Source: Hormiphora californensis (Eukaryota; Animalia; Ctenophora). Taken from it: 64,000 nucleotides of DNA. Shown here one piece after another: positions 23,894 to 41,119 of the stretch (the stretch's first letter is position 1; every line of letters begins with the position of its first letter). Under the pieces are notes generated by a model. That model did not search any database. It saw nothing but the letters and a program-made list of their open reading frames with translations, and had not been told where the DNA came from. A program made the position numbers and the translations under genes. The stretch is from NCBI GenBank assembly GCA_020137815.1, contig CM035353.1, forward strand, positions 3,410,001-3,474,000, read 5' to 3'.

Positions 23894-24612
23894 AGGGACA
23901 AAACGTGCTAATGGGAGAAGCAGAATAGTTGGGAAAATTTATATTGGGAGGGCAGGGACATAAAAAAGGCTGGGAAATTTGAGGGGGTGAAATTCCGGGA
24001 ACGGTTAAACTCAAAACATATTTTTCAAACTCTAACGTTCCCCGGAGTTTAAAAAACAATAGCATGGCTAAAAGAGCGTGTGTATGCGTACATTACTCAC
24101 TAAGCAAATGACAGCAGCAAATTATATGTGGAGTGTACAGAGGAAATAAAATATGGTGGAATAATGAGGGGAGAGAACAGAGAGAGAGAGAACAAAGAGA
24201 GAGGAAGGGAGAGAGGGAGAGAGAGGGATGCCACTGTTTGCATGATATTATAACAGAGGGACCTGATTGTGTACAGTGCTACATGATGCAAAGCTGCTAG
24301 AATGTACGATATCCCACAGTTCCAGAACATTCTAGTACATATTGAGCGAGACACGATGCCGCGTTAATTACATTTTGCATGCATAACCAACTTGACACTA
24401 ACCTCATCTCTTCAGAAGATTGAGAGAAAGAAGATACTCGTCTTTCTCTCAATCGGGTCTTCACATATATCTACTACCCTCTCTATTCTCTACATTATTT
24501 AGGTATGCATTGCATCTTTGCATCTTTGCATACTATGCAAAGATGAATGATGTTGAGTAGTAAAACCAAGACACTTCCCGTTAAAAAGTCAATAAAAAAC
24601 GTTAAAAACAAT

Positions 24613-25941
24613 TTAAATTACAGTTTTATTCTCTCTCATAACTCCAGCAATTCTCTGAATTTCCCTAAAAAGAGTAGCTTTATCAATTATAAAATGTGCC
24701 GCAACATCAGTTAGCAGCATGCTAAGAAAAGGAGGTAGAATATCATCGGTAATGTTATCTGAAGGATATATAGCAATCACTCGACTACCTGAGATACGTT
24801 TCACTTTTCTATCTATAGAGTCAGATAAAGAGGGAGATGCAAGTGCGGATTTATCATCAAGAAGAAGTCTGGAAAACTGAATGCTCAGTTCCTCGTTACT
24901 CACTTTCAGTTTTTGTGACATCTTTTTAGTAGTAACGGCAGTTTTAGCTTTCACCAGAAACTCGGACAGGGTGGAATTAAGAGAGTGCTGCTCAGTCGGA
25001 TAGGAATGTTGCTGCAGGAAGGCTGAAGAGACTCGAGATCGAACTGATTTATCGGAGAAGCGTCTCTCAAATGATGGAAACCAACTCTCCCAATTACCCT
25101 TATCAAACATGTCGTTCTCAAACTGAAAGAATGTCCTCAGAGCATTGAGGAAGCATGACGCTATAATGAGATCCGGGTTCAGAGTCTGAGTTGATCTGTA
25201 AAACCGGCGAAATATTCCCAACATGATTAGCTGAACATCGTGATAGGGCACCACATAGTGCTCACACAAGTCTTTTGCAACACCTGGGACACACCTTGAA
25301 ATATCAAGCAGACCCTCCCGCTCAAACACATCGACCATGATTGTCAGCCTCTTACCCAGAGCAGCGGTGGTGGGTATCTTGGCTACAGTGAACGTTTCAC
25401 GCAATAGGGAGGGAGGTTTAAAGTAGGAAGGAAGGAGTGATGTTGCGTTGAAGTAACAAAGCACTCCCGTGGTGATCCAACGAACGATGTGTGAAAGAGT
25501 TATAGGGTAGTTGAGGTTGACAAGGCTGAGGTAAAGAACCAGAAAGTTGTCAAAGATGCTGATTTTGTAGGGCTTATTTAGCGCCACAGGAATAGTCCCA
25601 GGGACAACAACCAGCCCTAATTTTGCTAAAAACTCAAACCATAACTCACCAGCCACGCTATGAAGTTCGGCCGGACATCCAACTACCACTAGGGCCTCCA
25701 CCTGAACCTTCAGAACTATCAGCAAGGCCTCGGCGTTAGTCCAAATTCGTTCGGGGGCTGCCATTTTAGTGGTGTCAAGCACCCTGATACGCCGAGTGGT
25801 GTTCATGAATTGTTGGGTCTCGTCCGCATCAACCACCTCCTCCCTGATATCCTGCGACTGTGTCCCACAAACTCTGCAATATCCCGTACCGTCACCATAC
25901 TCAAAGTCATCACACGTCCCGCATTCTTCACAGCGAACCAT
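24613..25941 (-). CDS. TAF1B: TATA-binding protein-associated factor RNA Pol I subunit B (Rrn7-like), intronless
   Basis: N-terminal zinc ribbon CEECG...DGTGYCRVCGTQSQ followed by WTNAEALLIVLKVQVEAL...LWFEFL and YPITLSHIVRWI, as in TAF1B/Rrn7. Confidence 0.8.
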   Translation of the reverse strand: MVRCEECGTCDDFEYGDGTGYCRVCGTQSQDIREEVVDADETQQFMNTTRRIRVLDTTKMAAPERIWTNAEALLIVLKVQVEALVVVGCPAELHSVAGELWFEFLAKLGLVVVPGTIPVALNKPYKISIFDNFLVLYLSLVNLNYPITLSHIVRWITTGVLCYFNATSLLPSYFKPPSLLRETFTVAKIPTTAALGKRLTIMVDVFEREGLLDISRCVPGVAKDLCEHYVVPYHDVQLIMLGIFRRFYRSTQTLNPDLIIASCFLNALRTFFQFENDMFDKGNWESWFPSFERRFSDKSVRSRVSSAFLQQHSYPTEQHSLNSTLSEFLVKAKTAVTTKKMSQKLKVSNEELSIQFSRLLLDDKSALASPSLSDSIDRKVKRISGSRVIAIYPSDNITDDILPPFLSMLLTDVAAHFIIDKATLFREIQRIAGVMRENKTVI

Positions 25942-26003
25942 CACACATGTGCTAAACAGTGGAAGAATAGGTGATCAATAGACCTGAGGATATAATCGAG
26001 GTA

Positions 26004-26180
26004 CAGTCGGACCCAGATTTAGTGGCCCCCGATTTAGTGGCACCCCGATTTAGTGGCAGGATTTTTCCCCCCGATATACGAAAATTAACATTATTTGAAC
26101 CCGATTTAGTGGCACCCCGATTTCGGATTTAGTGGCAGAATTGTTTTCCCCGAGGATGCCGCTAAATCGGGGTCCGACTG
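26004..26180. mobile_element. Tc1/pogo-type MITE, same family as 12479-12650
   Basis: TA|CAGTCGGACCC...GGGTCCGACTG|TA. Confidence 0.9.
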
Positions 26181-27101
26181 TATTTATTATCACCTCGATT
26201 TACCAGACCTTGGTAAATCGATGACGTTTGACCCCGGTAAATCGAGGTTTCTATATAACGCCATCAGATATACTCAGTGGAGACTTTTTTAGTAGACAGT
26301 GTGGCACTACACGTCTAGTGGTTGTATATTAAAAGTGTCACTATTAATGTACAACCATAGCTTGTATTGTAATTTACACTTGAATTACCTTGCTCGACCC
26401 TCTTTCCGTGCGTTTTACAAATGTTAAAATATAACAATACTTGAATGGTTGTGTACGTGACTGTGTTGAATATTTAGTATACAAATAGCAAACATCTTCT
26501 CGCTATATTTCTATGTTGAGCCTTGAGGAATATATTGTGTAGTATGTGTGTGTAGTTTGCTACATGTGTCAGGTGGGCCATTGTCTAAATTTAGTAAGCG
26601 AGGGATCACATTGTTGTCGAGGGAACAGATCATGTGTGTGTGTGTGTGACTCCTACAATGTGTTCTAGTTTTACACACTCTAGTTAGTCCTACAAAGTGT
26701 TCTAGTTTTACACACTCTAGTTAGTCCTACAATGTGTTTTTACACTCAAGTTCCTATGCACAGCTGTTAATTGCTAAAGACCAGTGATACTCGATATACC
26801 GTTATACACCGAGTAATATAGACTTTTAAATCTAAAGTTATACGCCCCTCATAGAGTCGGGGCAGAGCTTTTACGGGGCAGAGCTTTTACGAATGATATC
26901 AACGCGTTCGTTTTATTATTTACTCGCATGTATTATATACCACATTTGTTTTACTGTATGTCTTTCTCTTTACGGTTGAAATATATTAATTAATTAATTG
27001 AGCTAATTGATAATCTGTAAATAATTGACAACTGTAAAACCATGATAATTTATCAAAACAACAAAAGATCTTAGTATGTAATTATTTGGCTGTGTAATAA
27101 T

Positions 27102-32221
<5,120 letters not shown>

Positions 32222-32533
32222 CATAGTAGAACTTATAAATTGCAATAATTTTGTTTATCTGAAGCATCTAATCAAGGCAAGTACAGTTTTCAGTTTAGCA
32301 GCTCAGACCGTCAAGATGTTTTAATTGTTCGTGTGCAAATTGGTTTTGTGCGCCTATCACATGGTACCGTGGGGTGTACTGAGTGTACACTGTACACTGT
32401 ACACTCAGTACAGTGTACACGTCAAAAAAGATAACTTTCACACACGAATTTGGAGCAGTTATAAATAGACTTTAAACTATAGGGGCGATGGGCGGCTTTT
32501 ATCCGCAATCGAAACCGTTGGTCCAGCGCTGCC

Positions 32534-32870
32534 ATTATTATTATTATTATTCAATCTGATTCAATACATATAACAATAACAATTGTATACATATTGACAC
32601 TCCTTTTAGCGAGTAATTAAACGGTTGTCCGGTAAAAAGTCCATGTTATGCTGATGCCGATTCAAAAGTCCAAGAGGTATTTATATATAGATTAGGTACT
32701 GTAATAATAAATAGTAAGTTGATAGATATATAGTTAAATAAGGGTAGATACTTAGATGATTAACTAGGGGATAACTAGGGGTAGAGAAGATGCAGAACAG
32801 CTAAATATAGCATAGTATAATAAATTAGTATAGTCGCTGAGTCAGATTAAGCTGTATAGTTAAAACAGAT
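32534..32870 (-). mobile_element. 5'-truncated 3'UTR copy of the LINE at 34146-39462
   Basis: Highly similar to 34150-34480; (TAA)n tail. Confidence 0.88.
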
Positions 32871-32923
32871 GCCAAAAATGTAGCACGCCCACTGGGTTGC
32901 CCCAGACATTCCCTGGTCTCGGA

Positions 32924-33070
32924 TTAGTGAAAGCTCTTACGGTTTTGAGCCGTGTGCGCTCAAATCCTGTGCTCTGATCGGCTAAAATTTCGCGTGATTG
33001 AAAATTCAGCCAATCGCAGCTCAGGATTTGGGCCACGCACACGGCTCAAAACCGTAAGAGCTTCCACTAG
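32924..33070. mobile_element. Small palindromic MITE
   Basis: Inverted arms TAGTGAAAGCTCTTACGGTTTTGAGCCGTGTGCG ... CGCACACGGCTCAAAACCGTAAGAGCTTCCACTA. Confidence 0.75.
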
Positions 33071-34793
33071 AGCCTCCCCCACTTTTATAGTCAAGAAGCA
33101 GGCTAGGGCGCGGTCGTGACAAAAGAATGGATGGTCGGACCGCCCTAAAACCGGTTTGGTAACAACCAGTACCATTTCAGGAGTTGTTGTGAGCATTTTG
33201 AAGTGTGAAACACCAGCCAGTCGAGAGTTATGACGAAAAAACAGTATACAATACGATCGGATTGCTTGCTCTCACTACTTGTATGCTTTAATCTGACCAC
33301 CTCAAAAGTACGATTCCGAGAAAATTGCATACTTCCCACGTGTTTGAGTAGACCCGGCGCCCTAACTTGCTTCCTGACTATACCACTTTTTGGCAGTCTT
33401 TCCCATTCTCTTCCCGTCGTTCTATCGATAAGTACATATGTACTGGAAGCACTTGACACATTAAAAAAACACATAATATCGGACAGCCTGCTGCCTGGCT
33501 ACGCATTTTACCTCTGAATAGGTTTAAAAAATTTGTTTTAACGACTTTGACCTTCCAAAAATTCGATTTTCTTAAATTCTTAAAATTTCCCTGCAAGAAA
33601 AATATAAAACACTGGCGCGAATTCGCAAATATATGTAACGCGCTTACTGAAACAGAACCACCGCTGCTTGGTAAGTCGGAAGAACCTGTCCGTTCCTCTC
33701 ATGAGCGCTCATGAGTGTATCATGAGTGTGTCATGAGTGTATCATGAGTGTATCATGAGCGCTCATGAGACGTTTTTAGGTGTTTCAACGTCTCATGAGC
33801 GCTCATGAGTGTATCATGAGTGTGTCATGAGTGTATCATGAGCGCTCATGAGTGCTCATGAGACCTTGCTCATGAGCGCTCATGAGACATATGTCTCATC
33901 CCATCTCTGTTTCAATGTCTCATGAGCGCTCATGAGACGTATTGACCTACATGTGCTCATGAGTGTATCATGAGACATGTCTCATGAGACATATGTCTCA
34001 TGAGACGTTAGGGTTAGGGTTAGGGTTGGGTTTACGGTTGGGCTAGGGTTAGGGTTATCCTTTAGGTCTAGAGACCCGTAGGGATAGGGTTAGGGTTGAC
34101 CCATAGGCTTGGACCTAGCCCTACCCTCTACGGGTCCCTAGACCTATTTATTTATTTATTCAATCTGATTCAATACATATAACAATAACAATTGAATACA
34201 TATTGACACTCCTTTTAGCGAGTAATAAAACGGTTGTCCGGTAAAAAGTACATGTTATGCTGATGCCGATTCAAAAGTCCAAGAGGTAATTATATATAGA
34301 TTAGGTACTGTAATAATAAATAGTAAGTTGATAGATAGATAGTTAGATAAGGGTAGATACTTATAGATGATTAACTAGGAGATAACTAGGGGTAGGGAAG
34401 ATGCAGAACAGCTAAATATAGCATAGTAAAATAAATTAGTATAGTCGCTGAGTCAAATTAAGCTGTACAGTTAAAAACAGATTTTAAAATAAATAGAAAA
34501 ATAGAAATTACCCTCACATACATGCTCATACCCAAAAGTATACAGTACACACACATACACACACACACAAACACACAAAAAACACACTCACACAAACAAG
34601 CATGTCCGTAAAAAACACAGACACAGAGTCACACATGACACAGGAATAGTAATAAGTTAAGATAGGATATTATTATAAGTAGTACTGTATTAATGATTTA
34701 AATAGGCAGTGAAGTGTGCTTGGCCAGCGGGTTGTAAAACTATGTTATTTTAAGTGGTAGATAGGCTAATTAAGTAATTAGGTGAGGTTAAGT

Positions 34794-37700
34794 TTAACTG
34801 GTAAGGAGCTCATCATTAAAAGTGGAGTTTTCTGTGACCTCATAAACAAGCTTTCTAAACTTATGCTTAAGGTTTCTATCTCTAGAAAAGATAAGTGCTA
34901 GGTGGAAGTTGCCAGTGCAAACCGAGACCACACGACACTGGTCCCTAAGAGCCGATACCGCCCCGACAGCTGGACATTGGAAGAGCTTGTGGAAGGGTGA
35001 GTCGTGGTGCATGCCGCATTCAAGGCAGTAAGGTTCCTCTACGTTCCTGTCAATTCGTTGATAGCTGCCGACAAAGTTTTGAAATCTTAAGCTATGCCCG
35101 TGGATGTAGTCCATAGTCAACGAAGAGTGCCTTCTGTCCATACTCCTATTGGTAAGAGGGGCTATCGAAACCGCTTCAGTATCCACAATAGATCGTAGCT
35201 CTTCAACCGTCATAGTAGGAGAGTCGTCAGCAGAGATGTTCGTGATGTTAGCCTTGACGTGATCGTCCCACAATTTGTGCGTGAACATGTCCATAGTGTC
35301 CCGGGAATAGAGAAACTCTTCCGACTCATATGACAGTAGATCGCATGATCGAATAAATGATCGTCTCCGTCCCGTTTGAGATTCCGCTCTCTGTGCAGGT
35401 CCAATGGAGATACCTTTTAGTTTCCACAATATGTCCATAGAACGGGTGGCTTGCCTCATGCTCAATTTGGAGCAATTTAGCAGTCATGGTGTCTCCCGCT
35501 GTAAGACCTTTTAGGACAAACTTCGTTGTGAGTACTGTCAAAATAATCGGTAGAGGTGGTATACCAATAAGAAGGTCAGCTAGTGTTTTCGAGATGTGAA
35601 ATTGGCTTCCAATAATCTTCAGTTTAGCCCTTGCGATTAGATCGTTAAAACTGTCCAATCTGTTACGAAGCCATAGAGGTGCTCCGTATAGAAGTTTGGT
35701 AAGGATCACCATTCGGAACAGGAGCGAGAGGCCGTTGTTGTTTATTCCAGCTAACCTGGTAGTCCCACCCGACAGCTTACTCCAGGAATTCCAGCACTTC
35801 TGCAAAGTGTAGGCAGCATGCTTTTTGAAGCTCAGGTCTGTGTCGAGAATGATTCCCAGCACCTTGCTGGAGTCCGTGTAGAGAATTTCTCTGGGTCCAA
35901 GGTACATAGCTTGTGGGGTAGATGATAATTCTTGGTTCCTTGGGTGGATCACGAGAATCTCAGTTTTCCCTCTGTCGCAATTGATGACCAATCTCCATAG
36001 ACGGCACCATTTCTGGATGTAATTGAGCACGCAGGATAGAGCTGCTTCACATTGAAGTTGATCTCCGGTTATTACAACCGTGCCATCATCAGCGAACTTA
36101 AACGTTTCGCATCTTTCTCGGGCGTTCTCGGGTAGATTCTTCGTTTGTAAGAGATCCGAAACGTATATGATGAATAGCACAGGGGAAATGACTGCCCCCT
36201 GCGGTAGCCCGATAAGAGTGCAGTTCCTGGGAGAACCAATTTTACCGTTTATCTTCAGCTTCACTTTTCGTGATGACAAGAAACCATTTACCAGACGTAG
36301 GATGTTCCCCTTTATTCCAGCTTTATAGAGTTTGTAAATTAGGCAGGGGATGGGGACGCTGTCAAAAGCCTTTTCGAAATCCAAGAGAAGTAAAAAGGCA
36401 GTTGCTTTTCTCCGTCTGTTCTCGTGCAGTGTAGCCAGGAGACGGTATAAGTACCGTGTTGTGTTTCGTATGGGAAGAAAACCTTCTTGCTCGTCTTCCA
36501 AGATGTTTTCCTCGTAACAATGAGCCCTGATCCTCCTATCCATAACTCGCTCAAACATTTTACCAACATAGCTTCCAATTGAGATCGGTCGAAAAGATCC
36601 AGGTTTAAGGTAAGATGATTTTCCTTGTTTCTTGATAAACGATACTATGGCTGTTTTCCATGGCCAAACCGAGGTAACGAGGCAGTTGGTGAAAAGTTTT
36701 GCCAAGAACATCCTTGCTAAAGGGCCAAGGTGTTTCAATGTCACGGGGTGTACTCCATCTCCATCTGTAGATTTGCTTCCACTGCCCTGTGCCGATATGG
36801 CCGCCATGATTTCCTCTGGTTGAACCTGCCTATTTAACTCACTCTCTACCTCCTCATCCTCTCGTAGAAAAACATCCACTTCCTCTTGTATGAATTCATA
36901 GTGTTGCTCGTCAAATTGATGATTCCTCAAATGTCTTCCACCGAAGAACGTGTCGAACAGGATTTGCTCCTTATCCCTAGGATCGTGCCGTAAAACTCCG
37001 TCGTCATCCAAACATCCAATAAAGTTTTCATCAGGTGTGAGAAATATTGATCGATACCGCTTCCAGAATATGTTAGTCTCAGTAACGTTCAGACCAGCTC
37101 AGTCTATCGTGGATCCATTTGTTTTTCCCCTCGATAAGGCTCTCCTTGAACAGTAGTTTAGCCTCTTCAACAGCAAGTCTGTTAATCCAAGTTCTTCGGT
37201 AACGGTATTTTCTCCTGAGCATGTTGTAGATTTTTCGATAGTACGGTCAACTCGGGTGTCCAGTAGGGCTTGCTGTGCCGGCACACTGTTTTCAGAGGGA
37301 TGTATAGGTCTGAGGCTTCTTTCATGAAACTTAAAAGCTGTCGAAACATTTCATTAGGATCTTGTGAATCACAGCTTTGTAGGCAGCATTCGACGTGAAA
37401 TTTCCACTTTTTCCAATCTGCGTCCTGGTAATTGTAGACCTGTGTCCTCCGGTTACTCGCTCTAATATTCCCGATTGATGATAAGACCGGGACATGTCCT
37501 CTTGCCGGTGCTCCTGTAAAAAGGCATAAGCCGTCCTCTTCATCAGTCCATGGACCATCGATCGCTAGCCCTGCTCCCCCGAACCGCAGTCCCAGATCAA
37601 TAACACTCCCTCCATTAACACAGATAAAAGTGTTAGAAAGTGGGGAGAGAATATCTGCTCCATACTGGTTACAGAAAGAATCGAGTAGGTGTCCACTTTG

Positions 37701-38147
37701 ATTGTATACCTTATCACCCCATGGAATTCCTCTTGCATTAAAGTCCCCAAGAACATGAAATACCGGCACTCCGTTTCGTTTGCAGAATTCCCAGGCTTCC
37801 TGTATAGACTTCAACAGAAGCGACAAGTTATTGTCGGGACTGCTATACACAGATGCAAACATCATAGGTCGCCCAAGCACAGTCGCTATAGCAAAGATAG
37901 CTGCAACGTTAGTTTTCTCCAAACTCGTAATTCGATGAGGATGAAGGCTAGTAGCGATTGACAGCGAGACTCCTCTATCCGCGTCTATTCCAAAGGTGAG
38001 CATATTCGTAAAAGCAGTCATTGCCGGAACGCAGCCAGTTTCCTGTAGTGCGAGTACCGACAATCTCCTATCGGCACTATAGTGGTCTAAAGCAATAAGT
38101 GATTGCTTAGAGAGACCAGAAATGTTAATCTGTCCGAGACTAAACAT
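34794..38147 (-). CDS. LINE ORF2: AP endonuclease, reverse transcriptase and C-terminal zinc finger; about 4 apparent +1 frameshifts
   Basis: NISG, LQET, GDFNAR, VIDL, RGHVPV; FRPISI, EQEGF, LDFEKAFDSV, GLPQGAVISP, FADD, LGIILD; CLECG..H..C. Confidence 0.93.
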
Positions 38148-39408
38148 GATCGTTGCAACGGGTAGAGTACTCAGGGCATGCCATAGTGTTAGCAGAGTGA
38201 TGTCGGTTTCTGTTATCCTTCCCACTACAGTTAGGACAGCTTAGGCCGGAACGGTTGCGGTTTATGATGATTGGACATTCGGTTGGAACATGAGAAGGGT
38301 CACTGCAATGAGGGCACTTGTACTCATTCCTACACCAGGCGGCCGGGTGTCCATATCGCCAACAGTTTTGGCATTGAGCCGGAGTCCTTCGTTGTTTCGT
38401 TATGTACTCCCGCAAACGGAAGACACGGTTTCCAATAAAAAGAGTCTTCCCCATTACATGATCTCTGTCCTCCTTAGATTCAAAAGTAAAGAGATAGCAG
38501 GGACGAGGCTTTCCGTCGCGTCCCTTCAATCTGACTGCCTCCATTGCGATTCCGCTGAATTCAAGTGCCCATGCCTCGGTAACTTGGTCGTCAGAGATTT
38601 CTGGTTCTACATAGTCTATCACCGCTTTCCTATCATCAGATACTCTGGAGTTCATCATTAGTGTTGCCGTCGTTGTCACATCATTTCCTTGGAAGGGGCC
38701 ACCGAAGTATGAAGGGTCCCAACCGTTCACCACCTTTTGTGCTTCAAGGGGAGTAATAAGCTCTAGGAGGAGAGTGCCGTGTTTGGTCGGCTTGCACTGA
38801 ACAATTTCCACACGGGAGTAGTACTCATTAAAATAGTGCATGGATATGTGGCCTTTAGTTAAATACTTAGAATAATCACGGATACCTTTAATAATTACTG
38901 TTTTAGTGGGGTCACATGGAGAACGTTTAACATTAACTCTATCTTTAACTCTAACAGACAACACAGGCTTCGAAGCTTTAGTAACAGTGATAAATTCATC
39001 ATTACCCTGATTAACAATAGCGTTATTTGTACCATTTGCATTATTAGTACCATTAGAGTCCTGATTTACTCTGATTTCCGAATCATTTGCTGCCTGGGAA
39101 TACGTTAACTCACGCCGAACTCCTAACTCCTCCTTGACAACATCTCGTATAACACTTTTAACATCATTCCTAACATCATTTCGGATCATTTCCCTCAAAC
39201 TTTTCAGTTCCATTTGAAGATTACTACCAATTGGATTTTGATTAATGTCCTTATTACATGTTTCGAAAACGGATTCGTTCAGTTTGTAGCTTGTATATAA
39301 CAGATCCCATAATTGGGTGTCGGTGATGGCCGGTTGCGTTTTACCTTGACGCGTAGTGGGTTTTGCAGCGTGATTATGTCCCATAGTAAGGGCGTTTAGG
39401 ATGTCCAT
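38140..39408 (-). CDS. LINE ORF1 (gag-like; coiled coil plus three zinc knuckles); true start uncertain
   Basis: CQNCWRYGHPAAWC, CPHCSDPSHVPTEC, CPNC...H...C. The listed extension to 39510 runs into host MITE sequence. Confidence 0.9.
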   Translation of the reverse strand: MDILNALTMGHNHAAKPTTRQGKTQPAITDTQLWDLLYTSYKLNESVFETCNKDINQNPIGSNLQMELKSLREMIRNDVRNDVKSVIRDVVKEELGVRRELTYSQAANDSEIRVNQDSNGTNNANGTNNAIVNQGNDEFITVTKASKPVLSVRVKDRVNVKRSPCDPTKTVIIKGIRDYSKYLTKGHISMHYFNEYYSRVEIVQCKPTKHGTLLLELITPLEAQKVVNGWDPSYFGGPFQGNDVTTTATLMMNSRVSDDRKAVIDYVEPEISDDQVTEAWALEFSGIAMEAVRLKGRDGKPRPCYLFTFESKEDRDHVMGKTLFIGNRVFRLREYITKQRRTPAQCQNCWRYGHPAAWCRNEYKCPHCSDPSHVPTECPIIINRNRSGLSCPNCSGKDNRNRHHSANTMACPEYSTRCNDHV

Positions 39409-39777
39409 TGACTTCAGAGTTGCTGTGAGATCATCGAATTGCTGCCGGAGGTCGGGTGTGACAAAGGAAAGCCCTAACCCTAGCCCAACCCTAAACCCAA
39501 CCATAACCATAACCCTAACGTGTCATGAGACATATGTCTCATGAGACATGTCTCATGATACACTCATGAGCACATGTAGGTCAAAACGTCTCATGAGCGC
39601 TCATGAGACATTGAAACAGAGATGGGATGAGACATATGTCTCATGAGCGCTCATGAGCAAGGTCTCATGAGCACTCATGAGCGCTCATGATACACTCATG
39701 ACACACTCATGATACACTCATGAGCGCTCATGAGACGTTGAAACACCTAAAAACGTCTCATGAGCGCTCATGATACA

Positions 39778-41119
39778 CACGGCGTGCCTGGTGAAATTTT
39801 AACACGACCTAGCATGCGACGGGAAACCACCACTTGTACGTGGTAGCTGAGGGTCTACAGAATGGCGCTACGGTGCGGGAAAAAACATTCCATTCCCTAA
39901 AATCTTTTTTTTTACTTTTATTTGATTTGGGTCAAAATTGGCTATATTAAACGTGGTCCCGAAAAATCCATAATGACTTAGCACACGAAATATGTCACCC
40001 CCACCTATTTTTGCACGTAGAATCGATTGCCGTTGAAGTCGAATCTCTAAAATGACTGTAAAATGGTCAAAAGTTGATTTTTTACCATTTTTTGGAGGTT
40101 TTTAGCCCCTAAACCATTGAAAACGTTGAGATAGGAATTTGAAACTAGTGCCAATCGTTAAAATGGTCATTTTTCTACCAAGAACCAAGTTTTCGTGTAT
40201 ATCCGATTTATGGTTAGATTTGGGCAAATTATTGAAATCTGCCAACTAGGAGAGCCGTAACTTGATTTTCTTGTTTTTTGGATTTTGGAATTTTCGACAA
40301 ACTTCTGATTGAAATGGTCAATCGGGACCATGCTTAAGTTGTTTATGGGACAATTTTCGACTAAAATCCAAGATTTCATACCAATCCAATAACAGATCGT
40401 TGATTTATAGAAAATTTAAGTAGGCAAAACGGTCAAAATGACAACTTTTCTTGCTTATTTTCACCGTTTTGCCTACTTAAATTTTCTATAAATCAACGAT
40501 CTGTTATTGGATTGGTATGAAATCTTGGATTTTAGTCGAAAATTGTCCCATAAACAACTTAAGCATGGTCCCGATTGACCATTTCAATCAGAAGTTTGTC
40601 GAAAATTCCAAAATCCAAAAAACAAGAAAATCAAGTTACGGATCTCCTAGTTGGCAGATTTCAATAATTTGCCCAAATCTAACCATAAATCGGATATACA
40701 CGAAAACTTGGTTCTTGGTAGAAAAATGACCATTTTAACGATTGGCACTAGTTTCAAATTCCTATCTCAACGTTTTCAATGGTTTAGGGGCTAAAAACCT
40801 CCAAAAAATGGTAAAAAAATCAACTTTTGACCATTTTACAGTCATTTTAGAGATTCGACTTCAACGGCAATCGATTCTACGTGCAAAAATAGGTGGGGGT
40901 GACATATTTCGTGTGCTAAGTCATTATGGATTTTTCGGGACCACGTTTAATATAGCCAATTTTGACCCAAATCAAATAAAAGTAAAAAAAAAGATTTTAG
41001 GGAATGGAATGTTTTTTCCCGCACCGTAGCGCCATTCTGTAGACCCTCAGCTACCACGTACAAGTGGTGGTTTCCCGTCGCATGCTAGGTCGTGTTAAAA
41101 TTTCACCAGGCACGCCGTG
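39778..41119. mobile_element. 1.34-kb foldback element, Transib-like
   Basis: CAC...GTG termini; 5-bp TSD ATACA; near-perfect arms of about 655 bp (mirror ORFs 40167-40379 and 40517-40729 are identical); spacer of about 29 bp. Confidence 0.88.

Larger units (their letters stand above)
34146..39462 (-). mobile_element. Near full-length non-LTR retrotransposon (ORF1 with CCHC knuckles; ORF2 APE-RT-CCHC, no RNase H seen)
   Basis: (TAAA)n tail at 34146-34160, a 3'UTR of about 650 bp, and two ORFs overlapping by 8 nt. Confidence 0.95.

Noticed and set aside
34007-34100. Telomere remnant or telomere-targeting (SART/TRAS-like) insertion
   Set aside because: The degenerate TTAGGG runs are symmetric parts of the MITE arms. 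The LINE junction is not within them, and the second LINE fragment at 32534 has no such repeats.
40167-40729. Pair of identical divergent 70-aa genes
   Set aside because: Mirror images produced by the palindromic element.
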